DNA from: Candidatus Puniceispirillaceae bacterium
GTDB lineage: Bacteria > Pseudomonadota > Alphaproteobacteria > Puniceispirillales > Puniceispirillaceae
Reading direction: 5' to 3'
NCBI GenBank assembly: GCA_965660495.1
Contig: CBFIAD010000001.1
Coordinates: forward strand, 1 to 59,781
DNA length: 59,781 bases
Shown: in pieces, positions 43,243 through 52,122 of the stretch
How the letters are laid out: each line of letters opens with the position of its first letter
How positions within the stretch are numbered: position 1 is the first letter of the stretch
The notes under the pieces: generated by a model
Told to the model about the DNA's origin: nothing
Database searches by the model: none
The model's input: the letters and a program-made list of their open reading frames with translations, nothing else
Position numbers and translations under genes: made by a program

Positions 43243-43341
43243 AAGCCCTTGCCTTGTCTATCAGTGAAAACAGTTAAAATACTTTATCTATCTGTTTTTA
43301 GTATAGAACGCGCAAAATACCAAATAGAAGCCCTATTTTTG

Positions 43342-43956
43342 TCAATTCACCTCTTCATCTTCCAGAACGCCCCAAAAATTCTGGCGTGTTGTCCAGCCGC
43401 GTACCTGGTCGGTGGCTAGTTTACACCATTGTTTTTCGCAATATTGAACCTCTAGCAATATATTTCGCCCGGCAATTGCGACAATATCTGCGGTCTCGTC
43501 TGGCTCGGCATAGAGCCTGACTTCTGCCTTGGTGATCAATCCATAGCGTTTCAGGGATAATAGCGAGCTATGCAGCCATCCGGTTGTGCCTTCATGGTCA
43601 ACCACCTTGCGCCATACATCAAATTCAGAAATTACCTTTAGCGGCAAATTTTCCCGCACATATACCCAGTCAAGGGGATATTCCCGCCCAGGCCCTACTC
43701 GCATATAGGCCAAATCCTTTTTCAAGGTCACAAAACGCGGTACCGGATAGCCCGAGCCGCGAATAACCGTGCGCTCAGTCAGGCTATTTTGGGCATTATT
43801 ATCTGCTGCCTGAACAGGGGCCGGAAAAAAAAGACCGGATAGTACGAAAATACCGCTAATAGTCAGAAAGAGAGATAGGAATTTCAAGACCTGGCCAATT
43901 TTTTTAAAAAATAGCTCAAAAGCTGGCAGAACTTGCAAATGGCGCGACAATCTCAT
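43342..43956 (-). CDS. Exported tandem bacterial SH3-domain protein
   Basis: SGYPVPRFVTLK, MRVGPG.EYP..WVY, WRKV.D.EG..GW; start may be downstream. Confidence 0.85.
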   Translation of the reverse strand: MRLSRHLQVLPAFELFFKKIGQVLKFLSLFLTISGIFVLSGLFFPAPVQAADNNAQNSLTERTVIRGSGYPVPRFVTLKKDLAYMRVGPGREYPLDWVYVRENLPLKVISEFDVWRKVVDHEGTTGWLHSSLLSLKRYGLITKAEVRLYAEPDETADIVAIAGRNILLEVQYCEKQWCKLATDQVRGWTTRQNFWGVLEDEEVN

Positions 43957-44149
43957 TACTCAGCTATGTCCTTATAACGGTAATATGGCTAAAATAGCCC
44001 TAAAATCAGTTCTCTATTTTTTTATTCGATCTATCTGGAGAGACATCTATACTTGATAGCGTAACTTCGGTTACAAGAAAATACGCATTTAATAATGCAG
44101 CGGATATATTATTGCCGGATACGCGCTTTTTTACAAGGAAACGCAGTGG

Positions 44150-45127
44150 ATGAAGCCGAAAGTTGTTCTGACCCGAAAACTGCCTGATGTGACAGAAACG
44201 CGTATGCGCGAATTATTTGATGCCGAGCTACGTACACAAGATACCCCCCTTGATCCGGGCAAGCTGGTTGCGGCCATGCAAGATACAGATGTTCTGGTGC
44301 CAACTGTAACCGACAAGCTGACAAAAGATATTTTATCAAAGGCAGGTGACAGGCTAAAGCTGATCGCCTCCTTTGGGACAGGGGTGGATCATATCGACCT
44401 GGCAGCGGCCAAGGCGCGCGGCATCACCGTAACCAACACCCCGGGCGTCTTAAGCGAGGATACAGCCGATGTGGCGATGGCGCTGATTTTATCTGTGCCG
44501 CGCCGGTTGGTAGAGGGCGATAGCCGGGCGCGTTCCGGCAACTGGACAGGCTGGTCACCTACCGGGATGCTCGGCCACCGCATTAATGGCAAGCGTTTGG
44601 GCATTATCGGTATGGGGCAAATTGGCCAGGCCATTGCCCGGCGTGCCAAGGGTTTTGGTATGTCTGTGCATTATCATAATCGAAAGGCTGTTCATCCGGC
44701 TATTGAAGCAGAACTGGAAGCGACCTATTGGGATAATCTGGATGAAATGCTAAGGCGCATGGATATTGTATCTGTCAATTGCCCCTATACAGAAGCCACC
44801 AAAGGTCTGGTCAGTGCCGAGCGGCTGGCACTGATGCCTGAACATGCCTATCTGGTCAACACCGCACGCGGTGAAATTGTTGATGAACAGGCATTGGCCC
44901 ATGCGCTGGAAACAGGGGCTATAGCGGGGGCAGGTCTGGATGTTTATGCTGATGAGCCTTCTATCCCCGAGGGCTTGCGGGCGCGTGATAATGTGGTGTT
45001 GCTGCCGCATATCGGCTCTGCCACCATTGAGGGGCGTCATGCAATGGGGGATAAGGTCATTATCAATATCCAGACCTTTCTGGATGGTCATACCCCGCCA
45101 GACCGGGTTCTTGCAGCGATGCTCTAG
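44150..45127 (+). CDS. D-2-hydroxyacid dehydrogenase (glyoxylate/hydroxypyruvate reductase-like)
   Basis: VTNTPGVL, GIIGMGQIG, VNTARG, AGLDV..EP, LPHIGSAT. Confidence 0.93.
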   Translation: MKPKVVLTRKLPDVTETRMRELFDAELRTQDTPLDPGKLVAAMQDTDVLVPTVTDKLTKDILSKAGDRLKLIASFGTGVDHIDLAAAKARGITVTNTPGVLSEDTADVAMALILSVPRRLVEGDSRARSGNWTGWSPTGMLGHRINGKRLGIIGMGQIGQAIARRAKGFGMSVHYHNRKAVHPAIEAELEATYWDNLDEMLRRMDIVSVNCPYTEATKGLVSAERLALMPEHAYLVNTARGEIVDEQALAHALETGAIAGAGLDVYADEPSIPEGLRARDNVVLLPHIGSATIEGRHAMGDKVIINIQTFLDGHTPPDRVLAAML

Positions 45128-45131
45128 ACCA

Positions 45132-45896
45132 TCACAGCTTCTGGCCGCAAACAGGGCAGGCAGGATCGCGGGCTATCTCTATCTCGGTAAAACTGCTTGC
45201 CAGCCCATCATATAATAGCAGTCTTCCAACCAGAGGCGTGCCAAAGCCGGCGATTATCTTTATCGCTTCTGCGGTTTGCAACCCGCCTATCACCATGGTG
45301 GTGCTGCCCAGAATACCGGCATTGGCACAGGAGGGCGCCTGGTCATAATCCAGCTCGGTTTGCGGAAAGATACAGCGCAAACAGGGGCTGTTCGGATCTA
45401 GGGGGATAAAGCTGGTTATTTGTCCATCTGTACGCACTGCCCCGCCAAAAATCAGCGGCATTTGTAATTGCTGACAGACCTGATTGGCCAGATAGCGTGT
45501 GTGCGGATTGTCGGTGCAATCAATTACCAGATCGCATGGCTCAATAAGCGTTTTTGCGTTTTCCTCTGTGAAACGCGTGATTTGACAGGAAAGGCGAATA
45601 TCGGGATTCAGGCCTTTAACAAATTGATCTGCGCTCTCGGCTTTTGGCCGAGACAGGCGCTGCATCGTGTGAATAAATTGGCGGTTCAAATTGGTGATAT
45701 CGGCTTCATCATCATCTATAATGGTCAGATGACCAATTCCGGCTCCGGCCAGACCGGCAATTACCGGCGCGCCAAGCCCCCCCGCCCCCAATATCAGGAC
45801 ATGGGCAGAGAGTAATTTTTTTTGCCCTTCTTCGCCTATTTCCGGCATCACCACCTGACGGGCATAGCGTTCTATTTCTGCATCATTTAATAGCAT
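45132..45896 (-). CDS. moeB: MoeB/ThiF/HesA-family adenylyltransferase
   Basis: ERYARQ, GAGGLG, NLNRQ, DCTDN, CxxC pairs (PCLRC, CPVC); start moved to ATG 45896. Confidence 0.88.
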   Translation of the reverse strand: MLLNDAEIERYARQVVMPEIGEEGQKKLLSAHVLILGAGGLGAPVIAGLAGAGIGHLTIIDDDEADITNLNRQFIHTMQRLSRPKAESADQFVKGLNPDIRLSCQITRFTEENAKTLIEPCDLVIDCTDNPHTRYLANQVCQQLQMPLIFGGAVRTDGQITSFIPLDPNSPCLRCIFPQTELDYDQAPSCANAGILGSTTMVIGGLQTAEAIKIIAGFGTPLVGRLLLYDGLASSFTEIEIARDPACPVCGQKL

Positions 45897-45906
45897 TTTA
45901 TCTGCT

Positions 45907-46356
45907 TTACTGTCCGGTTGACCCAAAGCCGGATGTGCCTCTGATGGTCTCATCCAGTGTTTCTGCCTCGTCAAATTCTGCCTGTATGACCGGGGCGATA
46001 ATCATCTGGGCAATGCGCATCCCATGGGTGATTTCAATCGGTTCCTGACCCAGATTAATCGCCAGTATTTTTACCTCGCCGCGATAATCGGAATCAATCG
46101 TGCCAGGGCTGTTGACCATGCTCAGCCCCTGTTTTATGGCAAGGCCGGAGCGCGGGCGTATCTGGGCTTCATACCCCATCGGGATAGACATGGCCAGGCC
46201 AGTGGGGATCGCCATACGTTGCATGGGGTGCAAGAAGACAGCCCCTTGCGGCAAAGCAGCACATATATCTGCCCCGGCAGCGGCCGCGCTTTCATAGGCG
46301 GGCAGGGGCAAATCCTGTGCATGGGGCAATTTTTTAATTTTAACGCTTATGGTCAT
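45907..46356 (-). CDS. dut: dUTP diphosphatase
   Basis: AAGAD, QIRPRSGLA, GTIDSDYRGE, RIAQ, RGTSGFGSTG. Confidence 0.98.
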   Translation of the reverse strand: MTISVKIKKLPHAQDLPLPAYESAAAAGADICAALPQGAVFLHPMQRMAIPTGLAMSIPMGYEAQIRPRSGLAIKQGLSMVNSPGTIDSDYRGEVKILAINLGQEPIEITHGMRIAQMIIAPVIQAEFDEAETLDETIRGTSGFGSTGQ

Positions 46357-47779
46357 GAAACCAGGCCTCTATTTTCTGGACTAATTTTTCGGCTATTTCT
46401 GTTTTGCTTGCGCGCGGCCAATCTGTCTGGCCATCGCTATCTATGAGGGTAACATGATTGGTATCCTGACCAAAAACAGCGGCCTCGCCCGTGCCGCCTA
46501 CCAGATTAGCCACTATCCAGTCACATTTTTTGCGCGCCCGCTTGGCCAGGGCATATTCAGCCAGATTTTCGGTTTCCGCAGCAAAGCCGATAACCAGGGC
46601 CGGCCGGTTTTTATGCTGGCTAAGGCTGGCCAGAATATCGGGATTTTCAGCCAGTGCCAGCTGCGGTGTAGCTTTCATCGTTTTTTTAATTTTCTGCTTC
46701 ACGCCATTAACCACGTGCCAGTCAGCCACCGCTGCGGCACAAATCGCGCAATCTACCGGCAGCCGTGCCATACAAACATCATACATTTGTTTGGCTGTCT
46801 GTATTTTTATCACCTCTACCCCGTCAGGGTCAGCCAGATGAACAGGGCCTGTCACCAGCGTGACCTTTGCCCCCTTTCGGGCGCAGGCATCGGCCAGCGC
46901 ATGACCCTGCTTGCCAGAAGAATGATTGCCGATATAGCGCACCGGATCTATCGGCTCAAAAGTAGGGCCGGATGTGATAAGAATATGTTTGCCTTGTAAC
47001 GGGCTCTCGCTATCAGCTGTAGCTTGCCCAAGCTGCTGATCAATCGCGCGGATAATCACTTGTGAGTCGGCCAGCCGGCCGGTGCCTATCTCTCCGCAGG
47101 CGGTATCGCCATCTTCCGGGGCGATAAGCTGCACCCCTCTTTTTATCAGTAAATCCAGATTGGCGCGTGTGGCAGGATGGGCCCACATATTCGGGTTCAT
47201 GGCCGGGGCTATCATCACCGGGCAATCTGTTGCCAGACAAATGGTGCTGGCCAGATCATCTGCCAGCCCATGAGCCATCTTGGCCATAAAATTGGCGGTT
47301 GCCGGGGCAACCAGTACCACATCTGCATCACGTGCCAGCCTTATATGTCCCATCTCAGCCTCATCGGTCAGGGAAAATAAATCGCTATAGACTTTTTCGC
47401 CGGTCAGGGCAGACAGGCTAAGGGGGGTGATAAATTCCATTGCCGATCTGGTCATCACCCCGCGTATCTGATAGCCCCTATCCATTAATCGGCGTGATAA
47501 ATCGAGCGCCTTATAGGCTGCAATACCACCTGTTATCAAAAGCAGGATACGCTGTTGCCTGGCCGGGTTTAGGGGTGTGAGTTGCAATCCTTCCAAATCC
47601 AGATGCCAGCCTTTTGCCGCCAGCGCTTCTTCCAGCTTTGCCCGTTTGGCCGCCGGAATCTGGGCGCGCTGGCGATAATTGGACAGGGCGCTAGCGCCAA
47701 CCGATAATAATTTTTGTACCGCTTCGCGGCCGCCCAGCTGGGCGATAGCTGCGTCAAAAATAGTTTGAAAATTGCTCAT
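46340..47779 (-). CDS. coaBC: Bifunctional PPC decarboxylase/PPC synthetase CoaBC with an extra N-terminal Cro-like HTH domain
   Basis: ITGGIAAYKA, GHIRLA, APAMNPNMW, ACGEIG.GRL, EPIDPVRYIGNHSSGKQG, AAVAD, GFAAET; the enzyme core begins only at about aa 77. Confidence 0.97.
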   Translation of the reverse strand: MSNFQTIFDAAIAQLGGREAVQKLLSVGASALSNYRQRAQIPAAKRAKLEEALAAKGWHLDLEGLQLTPLNPARQQRILLLITGGIAAYKALDLSRRLMDRGYQIRGVMTRSAMEFITPLSLSALTGEKVYSDLFSLTDEAEMGHIRLARDADVVLVAPATANFMAKMAHGLADDLASTICLATDCPVMIAPAMNPNMWAHPATRANLDLLIKRGVQLIAPEDGDTACGEIGTGRLADSQVIIRAIDQQLGQATADSESPLQGKHILITSGPTFEPIDPVRYIGNHSSGKQGHALADACARKGAKVTLVTGPVHLADPDGVEVIKIQTAKQMYDVCMARLPVDCAICAAAVADWHVVNGVKQKIKKTMKATPQLALAENPDILASLSQHKNRPALVIGFAAETENLAEYALAKRARKKCDWIVANLVGGTGEAAVFGQDTNHVTLIDSDGQTDWPRASKTEIAEKLVQKIEAWFHDHKR

Positions 47780-47793
47780 TTAGCCTCTCTTTA

Positions 47794-47828
47794 TTCACAG
47801 ATTTGTGAATAATTCACATTTTAGTGAA
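47794..47828. promoter_or_regulatory. Two tandem palindromic operator-like sites TTCAC-N6-GTGAA
   Basis: 47794-47809 TTCAC-AGATTT-GTGAA (extends to a perfect 9-bp inverted repeat, 47791-47812) and 47813-47828 TTCAC-ATTTTA-GTGAA. Confidence 0.75.
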
Positions 47829-47846
47829 GAGATAGAAAGCTGTAAA
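47818..47846 (-). promoter_or_regulatory. Internal sigma70 promoter for coaBC-dut-moeB
   Basis: Minus strand TTTACA(47846-47841)-N17-TAAAAT(47823-47818), inside the ubiB 3' end. Confidence 0.7.
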
Positions 47847-49314
47847 GGGCGACGGCTACGGAAATGGCGGTTACAATATAGGGCCATTTCGGGGTAGGCC
47901 GGGGTGGGGGCGGGTTTTCCAGCTTTTTTATCAGCTTTGGCAGTTTCAGATAAAGCTGGCGCACATCCGAGAGTGCGCGTTCAATCTGGGCGCGTATTGT
48001 ATCTTCTGAACCTATCCAGCTGCTGGCTAATGGCCGGGCAAAATCCCACATATCTGCAGCCGGGTTCAGGCTTCTTGCCACCCCTTCGGCCATCATCATG
48101 GTTTTTTGCAGCAAATTAAATTGCGGCTGAATAGAAATTTCAAAGCGGGCAGAGATTTGCAGAATTTGCCCAAGGACAAGACCAAGCGAAATATCGCCAA
48201 GCGCCTTGCCAAGCACCGGATCAGCCACACTGCGCAAGCTTTGGGAAAAAGCCGCAAGAGAGACCGTATCATCCAGCATCCCGGCATCATAATGCAGGCG
48301 AGCTACCTCATCGTAATTGCGGTTCAAAATCGCATCCAGAAGCCGGGCTAAAAACAGCCTGTCGGCAAAATCAAGCTGACCCATAATACCAAAATCAATC
48401 GGCACCAGCAGCCCGTCTGCGGTGACAAAAATATTGCCAGGATGCATATCGGCATGAAAATAGCCATCGCGAAAGACCTGATTGAAAAAACTGGTTGCGG
48501 CTGCTTCGGTGATTTTGCCGATATCATGTCCGGCCGCTTTGAGTGCGCTGACATTATCAATGCGTATGCCGTCTATCCATTCAATAACCAGCATATGGCT
48601 GTTGGTGCGTTCCAAATCGATATAGGGAATAAGAATGCCCTTATCGCCAGCCATATTTTCTGCCAGCCGATTACCTGCTGCTGCTTCCATTCGCAAATCC
48701 AGCTCAATATCCGAGATATGTTCAAATTGCTGAACCGCGGTAACCAGCTTTAGCCGGCGCAATCCCGGGGCAACCGCCTCTACCAGACGCGCCATCGCCC
48801 GAAAAAAGCGCACATCGAGGCGCATTTGATGGGCAATGCCCGGGCGTAATATCTTTACCGCAACAATACGGCCATCTGGCAAGCGCGCTTTATGCACCTG
48901 GGCAATAGAGGCCGCCGCCACAGCTGTTTCATTGAAATCTGCAAAAAGCTCGGAGACAGATTTCTGGCTGGTCTCTTCAATAATCTGGATAGCTTGTTTG
49001 CCGGAAAAAGGGGGCAGCCTGTCCTGTAGTTGACCCAGCGCGCTGGCCAATTCCGGGCCAATTAAATCTGCACGGGTGGCAAGGGCTTGTCCAAATTTGA
49101 TAAAGCCGGGCCCAAGCGCCTGCAAGGCTTCACATAAGGCCTGGCCAGCATCCTTGCGTGCCTTGCTTCCAGCGATGAGGAAGTTCAGTATCGCCAGCAC
49201 ACGGCAAAACCAGCGAGGCAGCAAATCTATTTTTGCCAGATGCCCCAATACCCCGGCTCGGCCAAGAATAAAACCCGTGCGCGGCAAGCGCCATAAAAGG
49301 ATAAGGCTATCCAT
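47821..49314 (-). CDS. ubiB: Ubiquinone biosynthesis kinase-like protein UbiB
   Basis: LGPGFIKFGQ.LATR.D, AAASIAQVH, VAVKILRP, FHADMHPGN, IDFGIMG. Confidence 0.97.
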   Translation of the reverse strand: MDSLILLWRLPRTGFILGRAGVLGHLAKIDLLPRWFCRVLAILNFLIAGSKARKDAGQALCEALQALGPGFIKFGQALATRADLIGPELASALGQLQDRLPPFSGKQAIQIIEETSQKSVSELFADFNETAVAAASIAQVHKARLPDGRIVAVKILRPGIAHQMRLDVRFFRAMARLVEAVAPGLRRLKLVTAVQQFEHISDIELDLRMEAAAGNRLAENMAGDKGILIPYIDLERTNSHMLVIEWIDGIRIDNVSALKAAGHDIGKITEAAATSFFNQVFRDGYFHADMHPGNIFVTADGLLVPIDFGIMGQLDFADRLFLARLLDAILNRNYDEVARLHYDAGMLDDTVSLAAFSQSLRSVADPVLGKALGDISLGLVLGQILQISARFEISIQPQFNLLQKTMMMAEGVARSLNPAADMWDFARPLASSWIGSEDTIRAQIERALSDVRQLYLKLPKLIKKLENPPPPRPTPKWPYIVTAISVAVALYSFLSLH

Positions 49315-50069
49315 TAATCCAGCTTCCAGCCGGAATGAATGGCTGCAATACCGCCAGACAGGCTGCGGATACGGATCTGGCCAAATCCGGCTTCCCCAAA
49401 AGACGCGGCCAGCGCTTCGGGACGCGGAAACATTCGGATAGATTCGGCCAGATAGCGATAGGCCGCTTCATCTTTGGCAATGTAGCGCCCCAATCGCGGC
49501 AAGGCCTGAAACGACCAGAAATCATAGAGCTTTGACAGAGCCTGATTATCGACATGAGAGAATTCAAGGCAGCAAAACCGCCCCCCGGGTTTCAGGATAC
49601 GATAGGCTTGTGAAAGCGCAGCCTCGCGGTTTGTTACATTGCGAAGGCCAAAGGCAATGGTCACCCTGTCCACGCTGTTATCTGCTATTGGCAAGTCTTC
49701 TGCGCTGGCTTGTGTCCATGCCAGCTGGTCAGCATAGACAACAAGATCGCGCCGCTTTTTGCCAGCGGCCAGCATATCAGGGTTTATATCGACGATATGG
49801 GCAGACCCGCCGCCGCGGCGCAAAAACCGCAAGGCGATATCGCCAGTCCCGCCTGCCAGATCCACCAGCCTTTGGGCCGGGCGCGGCGCCATCCAGTCCA
49901 TCAGCGCATCTTTCCATAGCCGGTGAATACCCGCACTCATCACATCATTCATCAGGTCATAAGAAGGTGCAACAGAGGAAAACACCTCTCCTACCCGCGC
50001 CTGTTTCTGGCCGCGCGGCACTTCGGAAAACCCAAAATCAATCACATCCTTTTCGGATTGCGCTGTCAC
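49314..50069 (-). CDS. ubiE: Ubiquinone/menaquinone C-methyltransferase
   Basis: YDLMNDVMSAGIHRLWK, DLAGGTGD, IAFGLRNV, YRYLAESI. Confidence 0.98.
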   Translation of the reverse strand: MTAQSEKDVIDFGFSEVPRGQKQARVGEVFSSVAPSYDLMNDVMSAGIHRLWKDALMDWMAPRPAQRLVDLAGGTGDIALRFLRRGGGSAHIVDINPDMLAAGKKRRDLVVYADQLAWTQASAEDLPIADNSVDRVTIAFGLRNVTNREAALSQAYRILKPGGRFCCLEFSHVDNQALSKLYDFWSFQALPRLGRYIAKDEAAYRYLAESIRMFPRPEALAASFGEAGFGQIRIRSLSGGIAAIHSGWKLD

Positions 50070-50270
50070 GTCAAAGCATCCTTATCTGGTCTGGTCTAAT
50101 GATTATATCCTGTACGCATGATGGACAAGCTCGCTTCAGGCTGTAATTTATTTTCTTTTACCTGTATTACGTTCCAAACGGCAAGTTAGCCTTGCGGTGA
50201 CGTTTATTGGAAATATCCATGAATCGCTGATACATCATGACTATAAAGAAGTTGCAAGGGAATTTGAAGA

Positions 50271-51098
50271 GTGCCGGAATTACCAGAGGTTGAAACGGTG
50301 CGTAGCGCGCTTGAACCTGTCCTGCAAGGCCAGCAGATCAGCACCGTTCGCCTTACGCGTCAGGATTTACGCTGGCCGCTGCCCCGAAATTTGCCCGAAT
50401 CACTCACCGGCCAGAAATGCGGTCTGCCCTGGCGGCGCGGCAAATATATTTTGATCCCCCTTCTGCCGTCCGGCAAAACATTGCTTATCCATCTGGGTAT
50501 GTCCGGGGCAATAAGGCTATATCAGCACCAGCCGGCGCAATTTGGAAAACATGACCATTTTTCTGTCGGACTGGCAGATGGGCAATGGTTTGTCTTTTCT
50601 GACCCGCGCCGCTTTGGTCATCTGGATTTGCTGGAGAGCGGCAAGGAAGAAGCCCACCCCCTATTGTCGAGGATGGGGGTAGAGCCCTTATCCAATCACT
50701 TTTCTTCTGCCTATCTGGACAGGGTTCTGGCCGCGCGCAAACAGCCGATAAAAACCGCCCTTCTGGATCAAAGGCTCATAGCGGGTCTTGGCAATATTTA
50801 TGTCAGTGAAGCCCTGTTCAGAGCCGGGATTTCGCCGCGTAGACAAGCCCGCAATATTGTTGGCAAGCGCACAGAACGGCTGGTGCCTGCGATTCGCGCC
50901 ACATTGACAGAAGCGATATCGGCTGGCGGGACAAGCCTGCGTGACCATATCCAGCCAGGCGGCGAAATAGGCTATTTTGTGCAGAACTTGAAGGTATATG
51001 GCCGCGAAGGTGCGGGCTGCTCGGTCTGTGATAAACCGATTAAAATGCTAAGACAGGGCGGGCGTTCCGGCTTTTACTGCCCCAATTGCCAGCGATAA
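50271..51098 (+). CDS. mutM: Formamidopyrimidine-DNA glycosylase
   Basis: PELPEVE, RRGKY, HLGMSG, DPRRFG, GLGNIY, C-terminal zinc finger. Confidence 0.98.
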   Translation: MPELPEVETVRSALEPVLQGQQISTVRLTRQDLRWPLPRNLPESLTGQKCGLPWRRGKYILIPLLPSGKTLLIHLGMSGAIRLYQHQPAQFGKHDHFSVGLADGQWFVFSDPRRFGHLDLLESGKEEAHPLLSRMGVEPLSNHFSSAYLDRVLAARKQPIKTALLDQRLIAGLGNIYVSEALFRAGISPRRQARNIVGKRTERLVPAIRATLTEAISAGGTSLRDHIQPGGEIGYFVQNLKVYGREGAGCSVCDKPIKMLRQGGRSGFYCPNCQR

Positions 51099-51232
51099 TA
51101 TGCCTTTGGCTTAAGCAGCAGAAAGGACAAACATTAAAGCGCCATATTCAGCTAGTGCTGTCACGGGTCTGGTAGCTATTTGCCATCCGGCAAAAGGCCA
51201 AAAGCCGATACAGGCCATTTTTCATAAAATAC

Positions 51233-51262
51233 TTGACCTATGTCAGCGTTTTCGCGTATCTT
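51233..51262 (+). promoter_or_regulatory. Candidate sigma70 promoter of rpsT
   Basis: TTGACC-N18-TATCTT upstream of rpsT. Confidence 0.55.
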
Positions 51263-51300
51263 GCGCCATCTTTTGGATTGTTAAGTTAGGGAATAGCTTT

Positions 51301-51567
51301 ATGGCTAATCATAAATCTGCGAAAAAGCGGATCATCCGCAATGCGAATCGCGCCGAGATCAATAAAAGCCGGATCAGCCGAATCAGAACGTTCATCAAGA
51401 AAGTTGAAAATGCTATCACTTCTGGCGACCAGGCCGCAGCGCAAACCGCATTAAAAGAAGCCCAGCCTGAAATTATGCGCGGCGTAACAAAAGGCGTTCT
51501 GCACAAAAACACCGCATCACGCAAGGTTAGCCGCCTGGCAGCACGGGTAAAGGCTGTTAGCGCCTAA
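51301..51567 (+). CDS. rpsT: 30S ribosomal protein S20
   Basis: [26 protein letters not shown]. Confidence 0.99.
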   Translation: MANHKSAKKRIIRNANRAEINKSRISRIRTFIKKVENAITSGDQAAAQTALKEAQPEIMRGVTKGVLHKNTASRKVSRLAARVKAVSA

Positions 51568-51596
51568 TCCTGCAAAAGGCTTTCTCATAGAATTTC

Positions 51597-51629
51597 AAAA
51601 AGGGCGCAGTGCTTCTGATGCCCTTTTTT
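51597..51629 (+). terminator. rpsT intrinsic terminator
   Basis: AAAAAGGGCGCAG-TGCTT-CTGATGCCCTTTTTT. Confidence 0.8.
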
Positions 51630-52122
51630 GCTGTCCGGATTCGGATGTATCGCTTTATGCCGACCATATAATGGCCGCACAAATTGTATTTCAGGCCTCT
51701 TTTGGGACTCTTGCCGGCTGTGTTGCAGTCACCGCATTCGGATAGGTAGGCATCTGCTGGTGGATCGATAAATAGCAGTTAGCCAGCATTGTTCCCATGC
51801 TACTTTGATTCGTCTTTCCTAACTTATTATCTTCTCTTGAAAAAAAGAATAAGACCTGTCTTTGAACGCTTTTGACGTGCCTGGCTGTCAAGGAAAAAAA
51901 CTGCATAAAACCCAACTTTATTTTCATCAAATGGGCTTTTCGTGACTTGAAAGGCGCGGTCATTTCAGTTTACTTTGGGCTCTATGGCTCATGGTCAGGA
52001 TGCGTGTTTTTGTGTTTTTCAGAGATAGGCGTTATATCCACCTTCCTCAGCAGTCTATAAACGATAATTTAAAAACCATTTTGGGCGCTAATGCCTGAAA
52101 AATAAAAGAAAAGCATAATTTT

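Noticed and set aside
47804-47818. CRP site (TGTGA...TCACA) before coaBC
   Set aside because: Spacer is 5 nt rather than 6; it arises from the junction of the two TTCAC-N6-GTGAA palindromes
51691-52060. Small ORFs (90 aa minus, 62 aa plus) in the rpsT-dnaA gap
   Set aside because: No RBS or recognisable protein features; they overlap promoter-like AT-rich sequence
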